A DNA stretch of 32,000 nt, from NCBI RefSeq assembly GCF_000025125.1, contig NC_013771.1, forward strand, positions 780,001-812,000, in the 5' to 3' direction. The translations under genes were made by a program, and so were the position numbers. Position 1 is the first letter of the stretch. Each line of letters starts with the position of its first letter. This DNA is from Candidatus Atelocyanobacterium thalassa isolate ALOHA (GTDB taxonomy: Bacteria; Cyanobacteriota; Cyanobacteriia; Cyanobacteriales; Microcystaceae). Under the pieces are notes generated by a model. The model was not told the origin of the DNA. It saw only the letters and a list, made by a program, of their open reading frames with translations, and made no database searches. Shown here piece after piece: positions 30,868-32,000 of the stretch.

Positions 30868-32000
30868 ATGGCAACTAAATTTCCAAAATTTAGCCAGGAT
30901 CTCGCCCAAGATCCAACTACTCGTCGGATCTGGTATGGAATGGCTACGGCCCACGATTTTGAAATCCATGATGGAATGACCGAAGAAAATCTTTATCAGA
31001 AGATTTTCGCTTCTCATTTTGGTCATCTTGCTATCATATTTTTGTGGACTTCCGGTACCCTTTTTCACGTAGCCTGGCAAGGTAACTTCGAACAATGGAT
31101 CAAAGATCCTATTAATATTCATCCTATCGCTCATGCGATATGGGATCCACATTTTGGTAAAGGTGCAATTGATGCCTTTACACAAGCCGGTGCTTCTTCT
31201 CCTGTTAATATCGCTTATTCAGGTGTTTATCATTGGTTTTATACAATTGGTATGACAAGTAATAGCGAGCTTTACCAAGGATCTATTTTCCTTTTGATTC
31301 TTGCTTCGCTATTCTTATTTGCTGGTTGGTTACATTTACAACCTAAGTTTCGTCCAAATTTGGCATGGTTCAAAAATGCTGAATCCCGTCTAAATCATCA
31401 TTTAGCTGGTTTGTTTGGTGTTAGTTCTCTAGCTTGGGCAGGTCACCTGATTCATGTTGCAATTCCTGAATCTCGTGGTCAGCATATACGCTGGAATAAC
31501 TTTTTATCTACTCCTCCTCATCCTGCAGGATTAGAACCGTTTTTCACAGCTAATTGGGGTGTTTATGCACAAAATCCTGATACTGTTAACCATGCTTTTG
31601 GTACAGCCGATGGTTCAGGAACAGCAATATTGACATTTTTAGGTGGTTTTCACCCTCAGACTGAATCACTTTGGTTGACTGATATAGCTCATCATCATTT
31701 GGCAATTGCAGTAATATTTATTATTGCAGGTCATATGTATAGAACTAACTGGGGAATTGGTCATAGTATTAATGAAATACTTGAAGCTCATAACCCTCCT
31801 CTTAGTGACCCATTTCACCATGGAAGATTAGGTGCTGGTCATCGTAATATGTATGACACAGTAAACAATTCTCTTCATTTTCAACTTGGTTTAGCACTGG
31901 CTTCTCTAGGGACTATTACCTCCTTAGTGGCGCAACATATGTATGCCATGCCTTCTTATGCTTTTATAGCCCAAGATCACACTACTCAAGCTGCTCTCTA
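30868..32000 (+). CDS. psaB: photosystem I P700 chlorophyll a apoprotein A2 (5' part, truncated by the window end)
   Basis: My hand translation from the ATG at 30868 gives [32 protein letters not shown]...[18 protein letters not shown]...[32 protein letters not shown]...[23 protein letters not shown]. The frame stays open to position 32000. A GAGAGGAG lies at 30844-30851. The gene is absent from the ORF track because no stop codon falls inside the window. Confidence 0.97.
   Translation, partial: MATKFPKFSQDLAQDPTTRRIWYGMATAHDFEIHDGMTEENLYQKIFASHFGHLAIIFLWTSGTLFHVAWQGNFEQWIKDPINIHPIAHAIWDPHFGKGAIDAFTQAGASSPVNIAYSGVYHWFYTIGMTSNSELYQGSIFLLILASLFLFAGWLHLQPKFRPNLAWFKNAESRLNHHLAGLFGVSSLAWAGHLIHVAIPESRGQHIRWNNFLSTPPHPAGLEPFFTANWGVYAQNPDTVNHAFGTADGSGTAILTFLGGFHPQTESLWLTDIAHHHLAIAVIFIIAGHMYRTNWGIGHSINEILEAHNPPLSDPFHHGRLGAGHRNMYDTVNNSLHFQLGLALASLGTITSLVAQHMYAMPSYAFIAQDHTTQAAL

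Noticed and set aside
30841-31185. 114-aa minus-strand ORF from the track.
   Set aside because: It lies entirely antisense to the unmistakable psaB reading frame that starts at 30868. It is a shadow ORF.
1-32000. Search for tRNA, rRNA, tmRNA, RNase P RNA, SRP RNA, Yfr1-type sRNA motifs, CRISPR repeats, IS ends, integrases, toxin-antitoxin pairs and defence genes.
   Set aside because: I found no T-arm (GGTTCGAATCC-like) or other diagnostic core motif, no regularly spaced direct repeats, and no ORFs of those classes. This was done by eye only, so a short or divergent sRNA in the long spacers cannot be excluded.

Overview
This window looks like ordinary core chromosome from a strongly AT-rich, probably genome-reduced cyanobacterium. 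The proteins resemble the Crocosphaera/Cyanothece/UCYN-A lineage, but that is recognition from memory, not a search. I support 22 protein-coding genes, all apparently intact: bioY, def, trpS, metK, rsmH, a DUF4168-like secreted protein, gnd, a membrane-anchored GTPase, argC, an LCP-family protein, tkt, ftsH, a small TPR protein (Ycf37-like), an orphan solute-binding protein, a small glycine-repeat membrane protein, mnmE, a COG0523 (CobW-like) GTPase, gloB, a GH38 alpha-mannosidase, ruvA, psaA, and the 5' 1.1 kb of psaB. The ORF track misses psaB because it runs off the window; the track shows a spurious antisense ORF there instead. Thirteen other track ORFs are shadow or overlapping frames inside real genes. 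I found no rRNA, tRNA, CRISPR array, IS/transposase, integrase, phage gene or recognisable defence or toxin gene. By my coordinates about 6.0 kb (about 19 percent) is non-coding. It is split into 21 very AT-rich spacers, six of them longer than 400 bp. Neighbouring genes are functionally unrelated and mostly monocistronic; psaA-psaB is the only obvious operon. Several convergent gene ends carry long perfect hairpins that look like terminators. I did not find a convincing novel multi-gene system. The points most worth a second look are: (1) a 110-aa ORF whose core is 11 glycines spaced exactly 5 residues apart; (2) a Pro-to-Ser change directly before the first FX-ligating cysteine of PsaA; (3) a GC-enriched island inside the 830-bp tkt/ftsH spacer; (4) a 26-bp perfect hairpin filling the gnd/GTPase gap; (5) a His-rich COG0523 metallochaperone directly downstream of the zinc enzyme GloB.
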